Shown here: piece by piece, positions 17,008 through 26,651 of the stretch | Numbering within the stretch: position 1 is the stretch's first letter | Layout: the number at the start of each line of letters is the position of its first letter | DNA from: Candidatus Aminicenantes bacterium | GTDB taxonomy: Bacteria; Acidobacteriota; Aminicenantia; S016-38 | DNA length: 64,000 nucleotides | Direction of reading: 5' to 3' | Assembly (NCBI GenBank): GCA_027025175.1 | Contig: JALVRF010000143.1 | Location: forward strand, 1,863-65,862 | The notes under the pieces: model-generated | Told to the model about the DNA's origin: nothing | The model's input: only the letters and a program-made list of their open reading frames with translations | Database searches by the model: none | Program-made: the position numbers and the translations under genes

Positions 17008-18347
17008 GCCCGGGCCCTTTCTATGGCCCCTGCCGAGAAATTAATGAGAATTTCCCGGGCCTCCTTTATCTTTCCTGCCTTTAGAAGAGCCTTGGCCCTT
17101 TCTCTTACCTGATAGGCCATCCTGAGGTAATTTTTTTCGTATTCCTTCCAGAGCCTCAGGGGATTCCGGGAGGAAAGGTAAACTTCATCCGCATGGGTCC
17201 TGAAGGGATAGTAAAGCATATGAGGAGCCTCCTCCCTGACCTTCTCTTTCAAAAGAAAATGCTCCGGGAGTATATCCCTGTGGGAGCCCTGCCAGCGGGG
17301 GAAAATTTTTCTGGCCTCAAAAAATATGGGAATGTAGGGTGTGGCTTCGGGTCTCGCAGGAGAAAGCCACAAAAGTATGTCTCCGGGCTTGTTGCCCCAG
17401 AGAGAAAGGACAAAGGAATGTTTCGTGGTGTAATAACAAATGGATCTAATGGCAAAAAGGGAGGGAAGATCCGTTCCTGGGGCTGGTCTTTGCCTTAGAA
17501 CCTCAAATATTTTTTCAGGCCTCAATTTATAGCCAAGTTTTATAAAAGGTGGGAAGGGAGGAGCACCTGTAAAATCCCTTCCAGTAAGCAGTTTGTAAGC
17601 GCTGAGCCACCTTCCCGTATTGTAGGAACTTGAGTAGTCGGGGGAAAAGGTTTCAGCGAAATGGAATTTAGTCTGCCCTTTCTTGAGAAAACCGTTCTTT
17701 ACCGCAAAGGATAAAAATCCCCTGGAATGAAGGATGCTTTCCCTGTCCTTTAAGTCCACAATCCCGGCGGTGAAATTGTTGGGGAGAAGGGCCACGGCAT
17801 CGTCTGGCACCCTCCATGCAAGCCAGTGTCTGCCTCCGAGAATGTGCATAAGCCAGCCCTCCTTGGGGTCTGCAAAGGTCAGGGTTCGCCCTTCGGGATA
17901 CCCGTATTTTTCAATGAGTTGGCCTGCCTTTAAAACCGCTTCCCTGGCAGTTCTGGCCCTCTCAATGGCCAGCCTTCTGAGGAAATAACTTATTCCCTTT
18001 TTACCCATTTTCTTTTCTACAGTAGACCTGCACCTGTTGGAGATAACCGCCACCCCATAGGAATTAATGAAGAAATCAGCGTGGTATTTCTGCTTCAACT
18101 CAAGCCAGAGCATGTCCGGATTTCCCCTCCAGACCTCCTGGGCTCCACTAACGAGACTGAAACCTTCCACACCGGTTTTAGCCGGCACCCACCATATTTT
18201 AATGATGGGGTCCCCGGGCTCGTCCTCGTTGTGGGCCAGGATGACCGCCCCGTCAGGGGAAGCCTCCCTGCCCACCACTATGGTAAAACAGGGCTTTACC
18301 GCATAAACCAGAAGAAAGAAAAAGGCAATCATTATAATTTTTCTCAT
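16995..18347 (-). CDS. Secreted peptidase family C69-like dipeptidase (Ntn-hydrolase type)
   Basis: Signal peptide followed by the nucleophile context KPCFTIVVGREASPDGAVILAHNEDEPG. 450 aa. RBS AGGAGG upstream. Confidence 0.55.
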   Translation of the reverse strand: MRKIIMIAFFFLLVYAVKPCFTIVVGREASPDGAVILAHNEDEPGDPIIKIWWVPAKTGVEGFSLVSGAQEVWRGNPDMLWLELKQKYHADFFINSYGVAVISNRCRSTVEKKMGKKGISYFLRRLAIERARTAREAVLKAGQLIEKYGYPEGRTLTFADPKEGWLMHILGGRHWLAWRVPDDAVALLPNNFTAGIVDLKDRESILHSRGFLSFAVKNGFLKKGQTKFHFAETFSPDYSSSYNTGRWLSAYKLLTGRDFTGAPPFPPFIKLGYKLRPEKIFEVLRQRPAPGTDLPSLFAIRSICYYTTKHSFVLSLWGNKPGDILLWLSPARPEATPYIPIFFEARKIFPRWQGSHRDILPEHFLLKEKVREEAPHMLYYPFRTHADEVYLSSRNPLRLWKEYEKNYLRMAYQVRERAKALLKAGKIKEAREILINFSAGAIERARAQLR

Positions 18348-19222
18348 AATTCCCCTCCTTTGGCTTTATCGTATTGTTCTTTAATGCTTTCAAGGTCAAG
18401 ATGGGTGTATTTCTGGGTGGTGGAAAGGGAGGAATGGCCCAGAAGTTCCTGGATGGTTCTTACATCAGCCCCCATCTGGAGAAGATGGGTGGCAAAACTG
18501 TGTCTTATCTTGTGGGGAGAAATTTTCTTCTTTATAGAGGTCTGGGCAATGTATCTGTCAAGCATTTTCTGAACCCATCTTGCCGATAGTCTCCTGCCGA
18601 ATTTGTTAAGGAAGAGGGCAGGAGATTGTCCGTGTGGTCTTTTATTGAGATAAAGAACCAGTGCCCTCTGAGCAGGCTTCCCAAATGGAACTATTCGGTC
18701 CTTCCCCCCTTTTCCCTTTACCTTCACGAATCTCTCCTGCAGGTTCACATCCCAGAGGTCCAGCCTCACCATTTCCGAAACTCTGAGACCCGTTGCGTAT
18801 AGAAGTTCCAGTATAGCCCGATCCCTCAGGGAAAAGAAATCATCCCCCTCCGGAACCTCCAGAAGTTGGGAAATTTCATTTCTTGAAAGGATCACCGGAA
18901 GTTTTTTCCCTTTTCTGGGATATTTCACAAGTTTTGCAGGGTTCTTTTCCAGATACTCTGCCTTTAGAAGAAACTTGTAAAAGGATTTAAGGGTTGCAAG
19001 TTTTCTCTCCACAGAGGACCTTGAATATCCCTCCCCCTCAAGCCAGAGAAGGAAATCATAGATATCCTGCGCCCTTACCCCCAGCACATCCCTCCCCTTC
19101 ACCGAGGCGAGGAAAAACCTGAACTGCTTAAGGTCCCTTCTATAGCCCTTTAAAGTATTGGGAGAAAATTGCCTCTCCTTTGAGATGTAATCAAGAAAAT
19201 CCTTGGCAGGGTCCAGGGGCAT
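18344..19222 (-). CDS. Tyrosine recombinase, XerC/XerD family
   Basis: N-terminal SAM-like domain (FLDYISKERQFSPNTLKGYRRDLKQF). Catalytic region HKIRHSFATHLLQMGADVRTIQELLGHSSLSTTQKYTHL with the conserved R..H..R..Y. 292 aa. Its ATG shares one base with the upstream stop (TAATG). Confidence 0.85.
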   Translation of the reverse strand: MPLDPAKDFLDYISKERQFSPNTLKGYRRDLKQFRFFLASVKGRDVLGVRAQDIYDFLLWLEGEGYSRSSVERKLATLKSFYKFLLKAEYLEKNPAKLVKYPRKGKKLPVILSRNEISQLLEVPEGDDFFSLRDRAILELLYATGLRVSEMVRLDLWDVNLQERFVKVKGKGGKDRIVPFGKPAQRALVLYLNKRPHGQSPALFLNKFGRRLSARWVQKMLDRYIAQTSIKKKISPHKIRHSFATHLLQMGADVRTIQELLGHSSLSTTQKYTHLDLESIKEQYDKAKGGEL

Positions 19223-20424
19223 TATTTTGACACCTGGTAGAGTAGTTTTCCTCGCCGGTCAAAAACCCCTACCGATGAAAAGCGGTCCACTAAAACCGGA
19301 AGAATCTTCTCGCTTGCGCCCACCAATACGGAAATACTTCTCGTGGGATAATCGGAAAGTGAGGAATTGACCTGAAGATAGGAACACCCCTCATCTCCCA
19401 TAAGGAAACTCCTCCATTCGCGGCGGAAACCCTGCCACGGAAGGGAATTCTCATAGGCTGCTCTCCCGTGAAATTGCCTTGTTATTCTTTCGTATTCGGT
19501 TTTGTCAAGTCCAACTCTAAGTTTCCCTGCGATAGCCCTGGTTCCCGCTGAGATGGTTTTTAAAACAGAATCCTCCGGGATGGAACTGACCTTTATCCAT
19601 CCCACTGAAATCTTCCTTCCGTAGTTTATCCCCCAGTCCACTTTCCCGAAGGGGCGGAGGACAGATTGAAGTAATCCGCCTGGTTCCATGGCCAGGGAAG
19701 AAAGCAAATACCTGAGAGGACACAGGTCCCTGGGATCTATTACCTTAAAATACCAGACCACAAAAACCTTCTGCGATGGAAGCAGGCCAACCTTGAGGGG
19801 AGTTCTATCCGGGGGCTCTTCCATGGGAGGGAGTTTTTCAATTAAAGCGGGAAATGTTAAACGTTTTTTTACCAGATATCCCAGATAACTTCCTTCAACC
19901 ACAATCCTGACCCTGGAAGGAGAAAAGCATTTTTTCCTTAGAGAAACAAGGTCCACAGTGGAAATTCTGTTGAAGTCTGAAGGAGAGGGATATGGCCTTG
20001 CATAGCGGGATAGGGGATAGAAAAGGAAAATTCCGAAATCCCTGGGACCGGGTAATGTATTCCTTAATGAAAGATAGGTCCTTGCGTTAAGCAAACTTTC
20101 GGATTCAAATCCTCTGTCCCTTATCATGGAAACAATCATTTTTATAGATGTTTGCCAGTAATTCTTCAGGGTGAAAACCCTGAAATATGAGGAGTCTGCC
20201 CCCACCCAGAACTCAGTTCTTCCCCCCACTGCGAAAATCTCGTTGTCCCATCTCATTTTCTGATATACAAAGAACTCCTCAAGGGCCCCTGATTTCTCCT
20301 CATCTGCCCTTCCACACGGGGAAATAAGGGAGATAGAAATAAGGGGAGTTTTTCCTGGGTAGTACTTAACCTCTGAAAACAGAGGCAAGATAAACAAAAT
20401 TAAGATTAAGGCCTTTTTCCCCAT
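19222..20424 (-). CDS. Secreted hypothetical protein, possibly M16 (insulinase)-like non-catalytic partner
   Basis: Signal peptide. 400 aa. Domain size and position after an M16-like gene suggest an M16B-type pair. No HxxEH. Confidence 0.35.
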   Translation of the reverse strand: MGKKALILILFILPLFSEVKYYPGKTPLISISLISPCGRADEEKSGALEEFFVYQKMRWDNEIFAVGGRTEFWVGADSSYFRVFTLKNYWQTSIKMIVSMIRDRGFESESLLNARTYLSLRNTLPGPRDFGIFLFYPLSRYARPYPSPSDFNRISTVDLVSLRKKCFSPSRVRIVVEGSYLGYLVKKRLTFPALIEKLPPMEEPPDRTPLKVGLLPSQKVFVVWYFKVIDPRDLCPLRYLLSSLAMEPGGLLQSVLRPFGKVDWGINYGRKISVGWIKVSSIPEDSVLKTISAGTRAIAGKLRVGLDKTEYERITRQFHGRAAYENSLPWQGFRREWRSFLMGDEGCSYLQVNSSLSDYPTRSISVLVGASEKILPVLVDRFSSVGVFDRRGKLLYQVSK

Positions 20425-21644
20425 GGCAAAAGCACCACATCAATCCTGTTAAAGGGGTAAATGCTTTTCCTTATCATGTTCCAGAACGCATCGGAGTTCA
20501 AAAGGGAAATTCCGCCCAGAATATCCTCCTGAGAGCAATGATAAATCAGGGAATACTCCCCCAGTTTCAGCCCCCATACTTCCGGATTCATCTCGTCCTC
20601 CCTGATTTTCCTTATATAAGAGAGTTTCAGGGCTGAAAATTCCGTCTTTTTGATGGGCGAGACTTTCATGGAGGTTATCGTCTGGCTCACCAATTTCCTC
20701 CATGCAAGCGGATCCCCTCCCTTCACCACAACACACAGGGAAGAAGAATAAACCAGATGTCTTGAAACCACATTCCAGTCTCCCCTTAATTTCTTCTTCA
20801 ACACTTTCCCCTTAATTTTTCTTCTGAGGTAAAGCTCTGCCAGGTCCAGGGAATATCTCTTCAAACAGGAGGGAGAAGAAATTCTGTAACACCTGGCATA
20901 AACCTTAGTTTTAAGGCCTCTAACCAGGAGTTTTTTGTTCAGGCTCCTTGTCTGGAATTCTACTTTCTCCGGGAAAATAACCTGCCGGGAGGCAGGGGCA
21001 GAGAACATCCTTGTGATAAGACTTGTTTCTCTGGTGCTCAGGTCCCCTATTATTACCATGAGGGCTGTTGCTGGCTGAAAATACATGGAGTGGAAATTCT
21101 CAAGATCCTGTATGGTTATTCCATCGCTGATGTCCAGGGGCCTGTGGGAGTAAGGGGAATTGGAATAAAGCAGAGAGTAAACCACGTTCTCAATTTTATA
21201 ATCCTCGTCCTGTAGATAAAGGGACGCTTCTCTCTTGAGCCTTTTCTTTTCGTTATGAAAAAAACTCCGGGAAAGATTGAGAGGTTTCATCCTCTCGTGC
21301 TCATACCACAACCCCAGGGGAAATTCTTCCCTGGGGAAATAACTTTCAAATATGACAAAATCCCTGGTTATGTTAACATTTATTCTCCCCCCCACCCTCT
21401 CCAGAAAAAAAATCTGCTCCCAGGGATTGGTCTTTTGTGACCCGGCAAAACTCATCATACCTGTAAGATATGAAAGCCCGCTCTTTCCTTCTGGCTCAAA
21501 AAAAGAGCCTGCCCTGTAAAAAACGGTAAGAAACACAGCCGGGATTTTTCGCTTAACGAGAACAACCTGAAGTCCATTGGGAAACTTGATGGTTTCTACA
21601 GCGAGGAGGGGGAGGACAAGAAAAAGGAGAAGGAGTTTCTTCAT
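20406..21644 (-). CDS. M16 (pitrilysin/insulinase)-family protein lacking the zinc-binding HxxEH motif (likely inactive homolog)
   Basis: FPNGLQVVLVKRKIPAVFLTVFYRAGSFFEPEGKSGLSYLTGMMSFAGS follows the M16 N-terminal consensus, but AHxLEH is replaced by SYLTG. Confidence 0.55.
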   Translation of the reverse strand: MKKLLLLFLVLPLLAVETIKFPNGLQVVLVKRKIPAVFLTVFYRAGSFFEPEGKSGLSYLTGMMSFAGSQKTNPWEQIFFLERVGGRINVNITRDFVIFESYFPREEFPLGLWYEHERMKPLNLSRSFFHNEKKRLKREASLYLQDEDYKIENVVYSLLYSNSPYSHRPLDISDGITIQDLENFHSMYFQPATALMVIIGDLSTRETSLITRMFSAPASRQVIFPEKVEFQTRSLNKKLLVRGLKTKVYARCYRISSPSCLKRYSLDLAELYLRRKIKGKVLKKKLRGDWNVVSRHLVYSSSLCVVVKGGDPLAWRKLVSQTITSMKVSPIKKTEFSALKLSYIRKIREDEMNPEVWGLKLGEYSLIYHCSQEDILGGISLLNSDAFWNMIRKSIYPFNRIDVVLLPWGKRP

Positions 21645-21665
21645 ACCCCAATTATAGTCAGTTGC

Positions 21666-22331
21666 TCAGGAAACATAAAGGCTTTTGGAAAGGAAATAGT
21701 GGAGAGGTCCCCTGGTTATGCCGAGGTCCCTTGCTATGTCCTCCGGTCTTTCTCCGAAAAGAACGCGTATTATGGCTCCTTTGACAAATTGCCTGAACCC
21801 CACATCCTCCTTTATGTCTTTAAGGGTAAAGGCTTTAACCCTTACCGGGGTTTTCAGAAGTCCCCTTATTTCTTCGGCAATTCTCCTTTCCACCGAAGCA
21901 AGTTCCCTGGGGGAAATGTCCATGCCGAAAAGTAAAATAATGCCAACCCCTTTTTCCTCTTTATCTTTCCCCACGAAACTCCATATGGAGACCAGGGAAT
22001 CGTTCTGCCGGGATGAAAGCGAACCTTTTATTTTACTGGCAACCTCCCTGTAGAGTCTTCTTTCCCCCTCAAAAATGGGTTCCAGCAGTTCCCTGTAAAG
22101 TGGATGTTCCCTGTTAAGGAAAAAACTGTGTTTCCTTCTGTTTCCGTTTTTATAAACGATGTTCAGAGCCTCTAATTCTTGCAGGGCAAGTTGACAGGAC
22201 CTGGGATTTATTTCTCCAAGAAGGCTTATCTTTCGCCCGGATATACCATCCCCGGCAAAATAAATCGTCCTCAAAACATCAATCTTTGCATGTGTAGAAA
22301 AAAGAAGATTGGCTAATTTCATTTCAACCAA
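21666..22331 (-). CDS. Hypothetical protein with an N-terminal winged-helix-like region (possible transcription regulator)
   Basis: 221 aa. The N-terminal IDVLRTIYFAGDGISGRKISLLGEINPRSCQLALQELEALNIV resembles ArsR/MarR-type wHTH. The C-terminal part is unassigned. Confidence 0.4.
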   Translation of the reverse strand: MVEMKLANLLFSTHAKIDVLRTIYFAGDGISGRKISLLGEINPRSCQLALQELEALNIVYKNGNRRKHSFFLNREHPLYRELLEPIFEGERRLYREVASKIKGSLSSRQNDSLVSIWSFVGKDKEEKGVGIILLFGMDISPRELASVERRIAEEIRGLLKTPVRVKAFTLKDIKEDVGFRQFVKGAIIRVLFGERPEDIARDLGITRGPLHYFLSKSLYVS

Positions 22332-22334
22332 AAA

Positions 22335-22428
<94 letters not shown>

Positions 22429-22444
22429 TCTTTTTATAAATATA

Positions 22445-23734
22445 TCATTCAAAATCAAAATAGTAAAGACTCCTGATAATTTTTTCCAGATTCTCCAGGG
22501 GAATTACCCTCTGTTCCTGGGTAAGGAGGTTCTTCAGGCTAATCATACCTTTCCTCACCTCCTCTCCCACTATGCCTACCAATGGGATTCCCTTCTGAGA
22601 AGCATACCCAAGTTGAGCCCTCAAGCCCTTTTCCCCGCAGTAAACATCCACCTTTATCCCCTTCCGCCTCAACTCCGAGGCGAGTTTGAAGGCCTCTGCC
22701 CTGGTATCCCTGAAATGGGCCAGAAGAATATGGGCGGGTGGGGAAATTTTCTCAGGGAACATACCCAGTTCTTCCATCACCGCGATAATCCTTTCCACTC
22801 CCAGGCTTGTTCCCGTAGCAGGGATTTCCGTCCCCGCAAAACTACCTATGAGTTTGTCGTATCGTCCCCCACCTGTTATGCTCCCGATCCTGGGCTCCTC
22901 CACCACCGTCTCAAAGATGGGTCCTGTATAATAATCCAGACCACGGGCCAGGGAAGGGTCGTAGGAATAGAACTCTTCAGGTATTCCCATGGCCCTGAGA
23001 TAGGAAAAGAGTTCCTCCAGTTCATAAATTCCCTCTTCCTCCCCAAAAAATTCCCTAGCATCTTTCAGGGAGGTTAAATTCATGGCGGCAATTACCCGTT
23101 CCGCTCCGGAAGGGGAAAACCCCCGGGAAAGCAGTTCCTCCTTCACCCCATCCAGCCCCACCCTGTCAAGTTTATCCATGGCCCTGGCTAAGGAAAATTC
23201 ATCTCCCTCCCCTATTTTTCTGTGAAGGGCAGAGACGAGTTTCCTGTTATTTATCCTTATAAGGAATTTCTTAAAGCCTAGCCTGGTAAGAGCATCGTAG
23301 ATTATATCTATTATCTGGGCGTCCGCCATCATGGAAGAAGTACCCACGATATCCGCATCGCACTGATAAAATTCCCTGAATCTCCCCTTCTGTGGTCTGT
23401 CCGCCCTCCATACCCTCTCCATCTGATACCTCTTAAAGGGAAAAACAAGAGCAGAACGGTGCTGGGCCACGAACCGGGCAAGGGGAACCGTAAGGTCATA
23501 ACGGAGTCCTACCTCCCTTCCCTTCCTGTCCGTGAACCTGTAGATAAGTTTTTCCTCCTCCCCGTATTTCCCGCTCAATACTTCCCAGAGTTCAATGGCC
23601 GGGGTTTCTATTTTTTCAAAACCGTGGGCCTCAAAAACCTCCCGGAGCACATTGAAAACATAATCTCTCCTCCTCATCTGGGAAGGAAGGAAATCTCTCA
23701 TTCCCCTGTAGGTTCTGTATTCCCTCTTGGCCAT
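22445..23734 (-). CDS. hisS: Histidine--tRNA ligase
   Basis: Class-II aaRS motifs: RDFLP, RYDLTVPLARF, FREFYQCDADIVG, GGGRYD. 429 aa. Confidence 0.85.
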   Translation of the reverse strand: MAKREYRTYRGMRDFLPSQMRRRDYVFNVLREVFEAHGFEKIETPAIELWEVLSGKYGEEEKLIYRFTDRKGREVGLRYDLTVPLARFVAQHRSALVFPFKRYQMERVWRADRPQKGRFREFYQCDADIVGTSSMMADAQIIDIIYDALTRLGFKKFLIRINNRKLVSALHRKIGEGDEFSLARAMDKLDRVGLDGVKEELLSRGFSPSGAERVIAAMNLTSLKDAREFFGEEEGIYELEELFSYLRAMGIPEEFYSYDPSLARGLDYYTGPIFETVVEEPRIGSITGGGRYDKLIGSFAGTEIPATGTSLGVERIIAVMEELGMFPEKISPPAHILLAHFRDTRAEAFKLASELRRKGIKVDVYCGEKGLRAQLGYASQKGIPLVGIVGEEVRKGMISLKNLLTQEQRVIPLENLEKIIRSLYYFDFE

Positions 23735-23772
23735 GGGAAAAATTTTAACCCAAACCTGTCATACTTCCAAAT

Positions 23773-24432
23773 TCAGGGAAGGGAAAGGCGAAGGTGAAGC
23801 CTGTCGGAATAACGAAAACCATACTCCATGGCCAGAAGGGCAACTCCCCTGGCCCTTGTGCTTAGATCAGAAGCATTTCGGGCCATGGGCATTAGGTAGA
23901 TTCTGCTCTTGGGTATATTGAGGACAGAGGCCAGGCTCACCACCTCCTCCACATCTTCCCGGTCCTTTACTACGAACTTAAAAAATGATGGGAGCCCCGA
24001 AAATTCCCTTAAGACATCCAAGTTCAATCTCCTTTCCCTTTTCTCACCGGAATTGGAAAGTTTCGGGGAGACATTATAGTGAATCTCGGATTTAATTTTT
24101 AAAGGGGAAAGAGTTCCGTTAGTTTCTATTTCCACATAATAAAAAAAGGGGAAAATTTTCTCCAGGAAAAATTCAAGGGCAGGGATCTGGAGAAGGGGTT
24201 CTCCTCCTGTAATCACAAGGTTTTTTACTCCAGGGGCCACATCCACCACCCTTTTTACCACTTCTTCCACAGGGAGACCTTTCCCCTTTTCCAGGGCCTG
24301 GGGAGTATCGCAGAAGGAGCATCTTAAATTACAGCCTGCAAGTCTTAAGAAAACTGAGGGAACACCAGCCCTGGGCCCCTCTCCCTGAAGGGAATAAAAA
24401 ATTGAGTGAACGAAAATTTCAGGTTTTTTCAA
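23773..24432 (-). CDS. queE: 7-carboxy-7-deazaguanine synthase (radical SAM)
   Basis: IFYSLQGEGPRAGVPSVFLRLAGCNLRCSFCDT with the CxxxCxxC-variant cluster. ITGGEPLLQ. Confidence 0.85.
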   Translation of the reverse strand: MKKPEIFVHSIFYSLQGEGPRAGVPSVFLRLAGCNLRCSFCDTPQALEKGKGLPVEEVVKRVVDVAPGVKNLVITGGEPLLQIPALEFFLEKIFPFFYYVEIETNGTLSPLKIKSEIHYNVSPKLSNSGEKRERRLNLDVLREFSGLPSFFKFVVKDREDVEEVVSLASVLNIPKSRIYLMPMARNASDLSTRARGVALLAMEYGFRYSDRLHLRLSLP

Positions 24433-24841
24433 AATTTATTCCCGGACTCTTTCCTTGTTCCACAACGCAGAATCCGCTCTGGGTTTCTGTCTCAAAGACC
24501 TCCACCTCGGCCCTCTCCAGGGAAAGCTCCTCCACGAGTCTCTGGCCTATTAAAAGGGCCAGGTTTTCGGCGGTGGGGTTCCTGTCCAGAAGAAAAACCC
24601 TCTGACCCTGGGTCTTCATAACCTCCGCCAGGGGATCCCTGGAATTCAGTATTACACAGTGGTCAAGGTCATCAACAATGGCCTTTACATCGGTAAAATC
24701 CGCAACCATTCCCCACTGGTCCAGTTTTCCCTGGGCCTTAATCTTCACCAGATAAGAGTGCCCATGGAGAAAACGGCATTTTTCCCTGTGTTGCCATATG
24801 CGATGGGCAGCATGAAAACTTCTTTCAACCCTTATTTCCAT
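24419..24841 (-). CDS. queD: 6-carboxy-5,6,7,8-tetrahydropterin synthase
   Basis: MEIRVERSFHAAHRI...FLHGHSY with the canonical QueD/PTPS zinc-binding His triad region. 140 aa. Overlaps queE by 14 nt. Confidence 0.85.
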   Translation of the reverse strand: MEIRVERSFHAAHRIWQHREKCRFLHGHSYLVKIKAQGKLDQWGMVADFTDVKAIVDDLDHCVILNSRDPLAEVMKTQGQRVFLLDRNPTAENLALLIGQRLVEELSLERAEVEVFETETQSGFCVVEQGKSPGINFEKT

Positions 24842-24862
24842 AATTTATATTATAATTTCCCT

Positions 24863-25144
24863 ATGGTCTTAAAGGAAGCTGCCCGGGAAATAGGAGTTGA
24901 GGAAGAAAGGTTGCGGGGCTGGGTAGAGATGTTTGAGTGGCTCAGCGACGAGATGGACGAAAAGCAGGTTGAAATAGCAAGAAGAATAAAGGAACTGGAA
25001 GACAGGGGCTTCACCCTTGCCGGGATGAGGAGAAGACTGTTTGAGGAATTCGGACCGCCAATGCCCAGGAGATTCCTCCGGGCGCTCAGGCGCAAACTGG
25101 AGGATATATTGACTTTGCTGGGGGAGGATGATAAGATAGTTTAA
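24863..25144 (+). CDS. Small hypothetical protein, possibly a MerR-like HTH regulator
   Basis: The 93-aa ORF begins 21 nt from the divergent queD start. The N-terminal LKEAAREIGVEEERLRGWVEMFEWL resembles a MerR-type HTH. The region could equally be a noncoding leader/promoter for queD and tRNA-Pro. Confidence 0.35.
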   Translation: MVLKEAAREIGVEEERLRGWVEMFEWLSDEMDEKQVEIARRIKELEDRGFTLAGMRRRLFEEFGPPMPRRFLRALRRKLEDILTLLGEDDKIV

Positions 25145-25148
25145 GGTT

Positions 25149-25225
25149 CGGGACGTGGCGCAGCCTGGAAGCGCACACGCTTGGGGTGCGTGGGGTCGGC
25201 GGTTCAAATCCGCTCGTCCCGACCA
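25149..25225 (+). tRNA. tRNA-Pro (anticodon GGG)
   Basis: Hand fold: acceptor CGGGACG/CGTCCCG, anticodon stem CACGC/GCGTG with loop TTGGGGT, T-loop TTCAAAT, encoded CCA. 77 nt. Confidence 0.8.
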
Positions 25226-25239
25226 TTTTTTTATTTTTT

Positions 25240-25983
25240 ATGAGAATTCTCCTTACCAATGATGATGGATACCTATCTGCTGGAATAAATATCCTCAGAA
25301 GAGTGCTGAGGGAAAAGGGGTACAGTGTCATTGTAGTAGCCCCTGACAAGGAGCGCTCAGCGGTAAGCAAGGCCCTTACCCTTCACAGGCCACTCAGAAT
25401 GAGGGAAATAGGTGAAGATTTTTACATTACCGACGGTACCCCCAACGATTGCATATACCTCGCTTTAGGGGTACTTGAGGAGAAGTATCCTGACCTGGTG
25501 GTATCAGGAATAAACCATGGCCCCAATCTGGGCGACGATGTGATATATTCGGGAACCGTGGGTGCTGCTATCCTGGCAACTCATTTTAGAATTCCCTCGG
25601 TAGCCTTTTCCTTTACAGGAAAGCACCTGGAAGGACTTGAACAGGCAGGAGAAAAGGCAGCCTGGCTGGTGGAAATCTTACTCAGGCAAAGGCTTACGGA
25701 CATCACCGTAAATGTCAATTTTCCACCTCCTCCCTGGAAGGGAATTAAGGTAACGAGAATGGGCAGTAAAAAATACAGGCCTGAAATCATAACCAGGGAA
25801 GACCCCAGGGGTGAAAAATACTACTGGATAGGAATAGGAAGCCCGGTCTCCTCCCCGGAGGATGGGACGGATATAAAAGCAGTCAGGGAGGGATATATTT
25901 CCATAACACCAATACATTCGGACATGACCAGTTATGAACACATGAAACTCCTGAGGGAGGTCCTGAAGGGTGAGGTTTCTTAG
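25240..25983 (+). CDS. surE: 5'/3'-nucleotidase SurE
   Basis: MRILLTNDDGY...GINHGPNLGDDVIYSGTVGAA matches the SurE N-terminal DDG metal-binding signature. Confidence 0.85.
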   Translation: MRILLTNDDGYLSAGINILRRVLREKGYSVIVVAPDKERSAVSKALTLHRPLRMREIGEDFYITDGTPNDCIYLALGVLEEKYPDLVVSGINHGPNLGDDVIYSGTVGAAILATHFRIPSVAFSFTGKHLEGLEQAGEKAAWLVEILLRQRLTDITVNVNFPPPPWKGIKVTRMGSKKYRPEIITREDPRGEKYYWIGIGSPVSSPEDGTDIKAVREGYISITPIHSDMTSYEHMKLLREVLKGEVS

Positions 25984-26560
25984 AAAACTCTATGACTGGG
26001 TCCTGGGATGGGCCTATTCTCCTTATTCTGTCCCTGCCCTTTTTCTCCTTGCCTTCTCAGAAAGCAGTTTCTTCCCGGTTCCTCCGGACATTCTTCTTAT
26101 ACCACTGGGCCTCTCAAAACCGAGAAAATCTTTTTACTATGCAACCGTATCTTCCATAGGTTCAATTTTAGGTGGAGCCTTCGGCTATCTAATCGGGCTT
26201 TTCCTCATGAATTCTGTGGGCATTCCCATACTAAGGGCCTACGGCCTCATGGAAAAATACCACTATGTGAGCGCCCTCTATAACCAGTACAATGCCCTGG
26301 CGGTTAGTGTGGCTGGTTTTACCCCACTTCCCTACAAACTCTTTACCATAGCCGCCGGTGCATGCCGGATAAATTTCATTGTTTTCATTATAGCCTCTGC
26401 GCTGAGCAGGAGCGCCCGCTTCTTTTTAGTGTCGGCCCTGGTTTATGCCTTCGGGGAAAGGGCCAGGGTTTTTATAGACCGCTACTTCAACTGGCTCGCC
26501 CTTGCCTTCGGAATTCTCCTTGTGGGCGGTTTTTTGGTTATAAAATTTGCGATAAAATAA
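25970..26560 (+). CDS. DedA/YqaA-family inner-membrane protein
   Basis: LAFSESSFFPVPPDILLIPLG...TPLPYKLFTIAAG with 4-5 TM helices, as in E. coli YqaA (COG1238). Confidence 0.65.
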   Translation: MRFLRKLYDWVLGWAYSPYSVPALFLLAFSESSFFPVPPDILLIPLGLSKPRKSFYYATVSSIGSILGGAFGYLIGLFLMNSVGIPILRAYGLMEKYHYVSALYNQYNALAVSVAGFTPLPYKLFTIAAGACRINFIVFIIASALSRSARFFLVSALVYAFGERARVFIDRYFNWLALAFGILLVGGFLVIKFAIK

Positions 26561-26568
26561 TAGGGAAT

Positions 26569-26643
26569 CGGGGCGTGGCTCAGCCTGGTTAGAGCGCCTG
26601 CTTCGGGAGCAGGAGGCCGGTGGTTCGAATCCACTCGCCCCGA
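26569..26643 (+). tRNA. tRNA-Pro (anticodon CGG)
   Basis: Hand fold: acceptor CGGGGCG/CGCCCCG, anticodon stem CCTGC/GCAGG with loop TTCGGGA, T-loop TTCGAAT. No encoded CCA; it is followed by TTTT. 75 nt. Confidence 0.8.
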
Positions 26644-26651
26644 TTTTTCAC

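Noticed and set aside
18344-19222. XerC/D-like recombinase as a prophage/ICE integrase marking a mobile island
   Set aside because: No phage structural, replication or conjugation genes and no obvious att direct repeat of the tRNA-Ser 3' end were seen by eye. The size and motifs match chromosomal Xer. Kept only as a moderate-interest finding.
24402-24621. Plus-strand ORFs overlapping queD/queE (24402-24605, 24406-24621) and the long 24659 start of the MerR-like ORF
   Set aside because: They are antisense to conserved queD/queE coding sequence. Only the portion after the queD start (from 24863) is non-overlapping.
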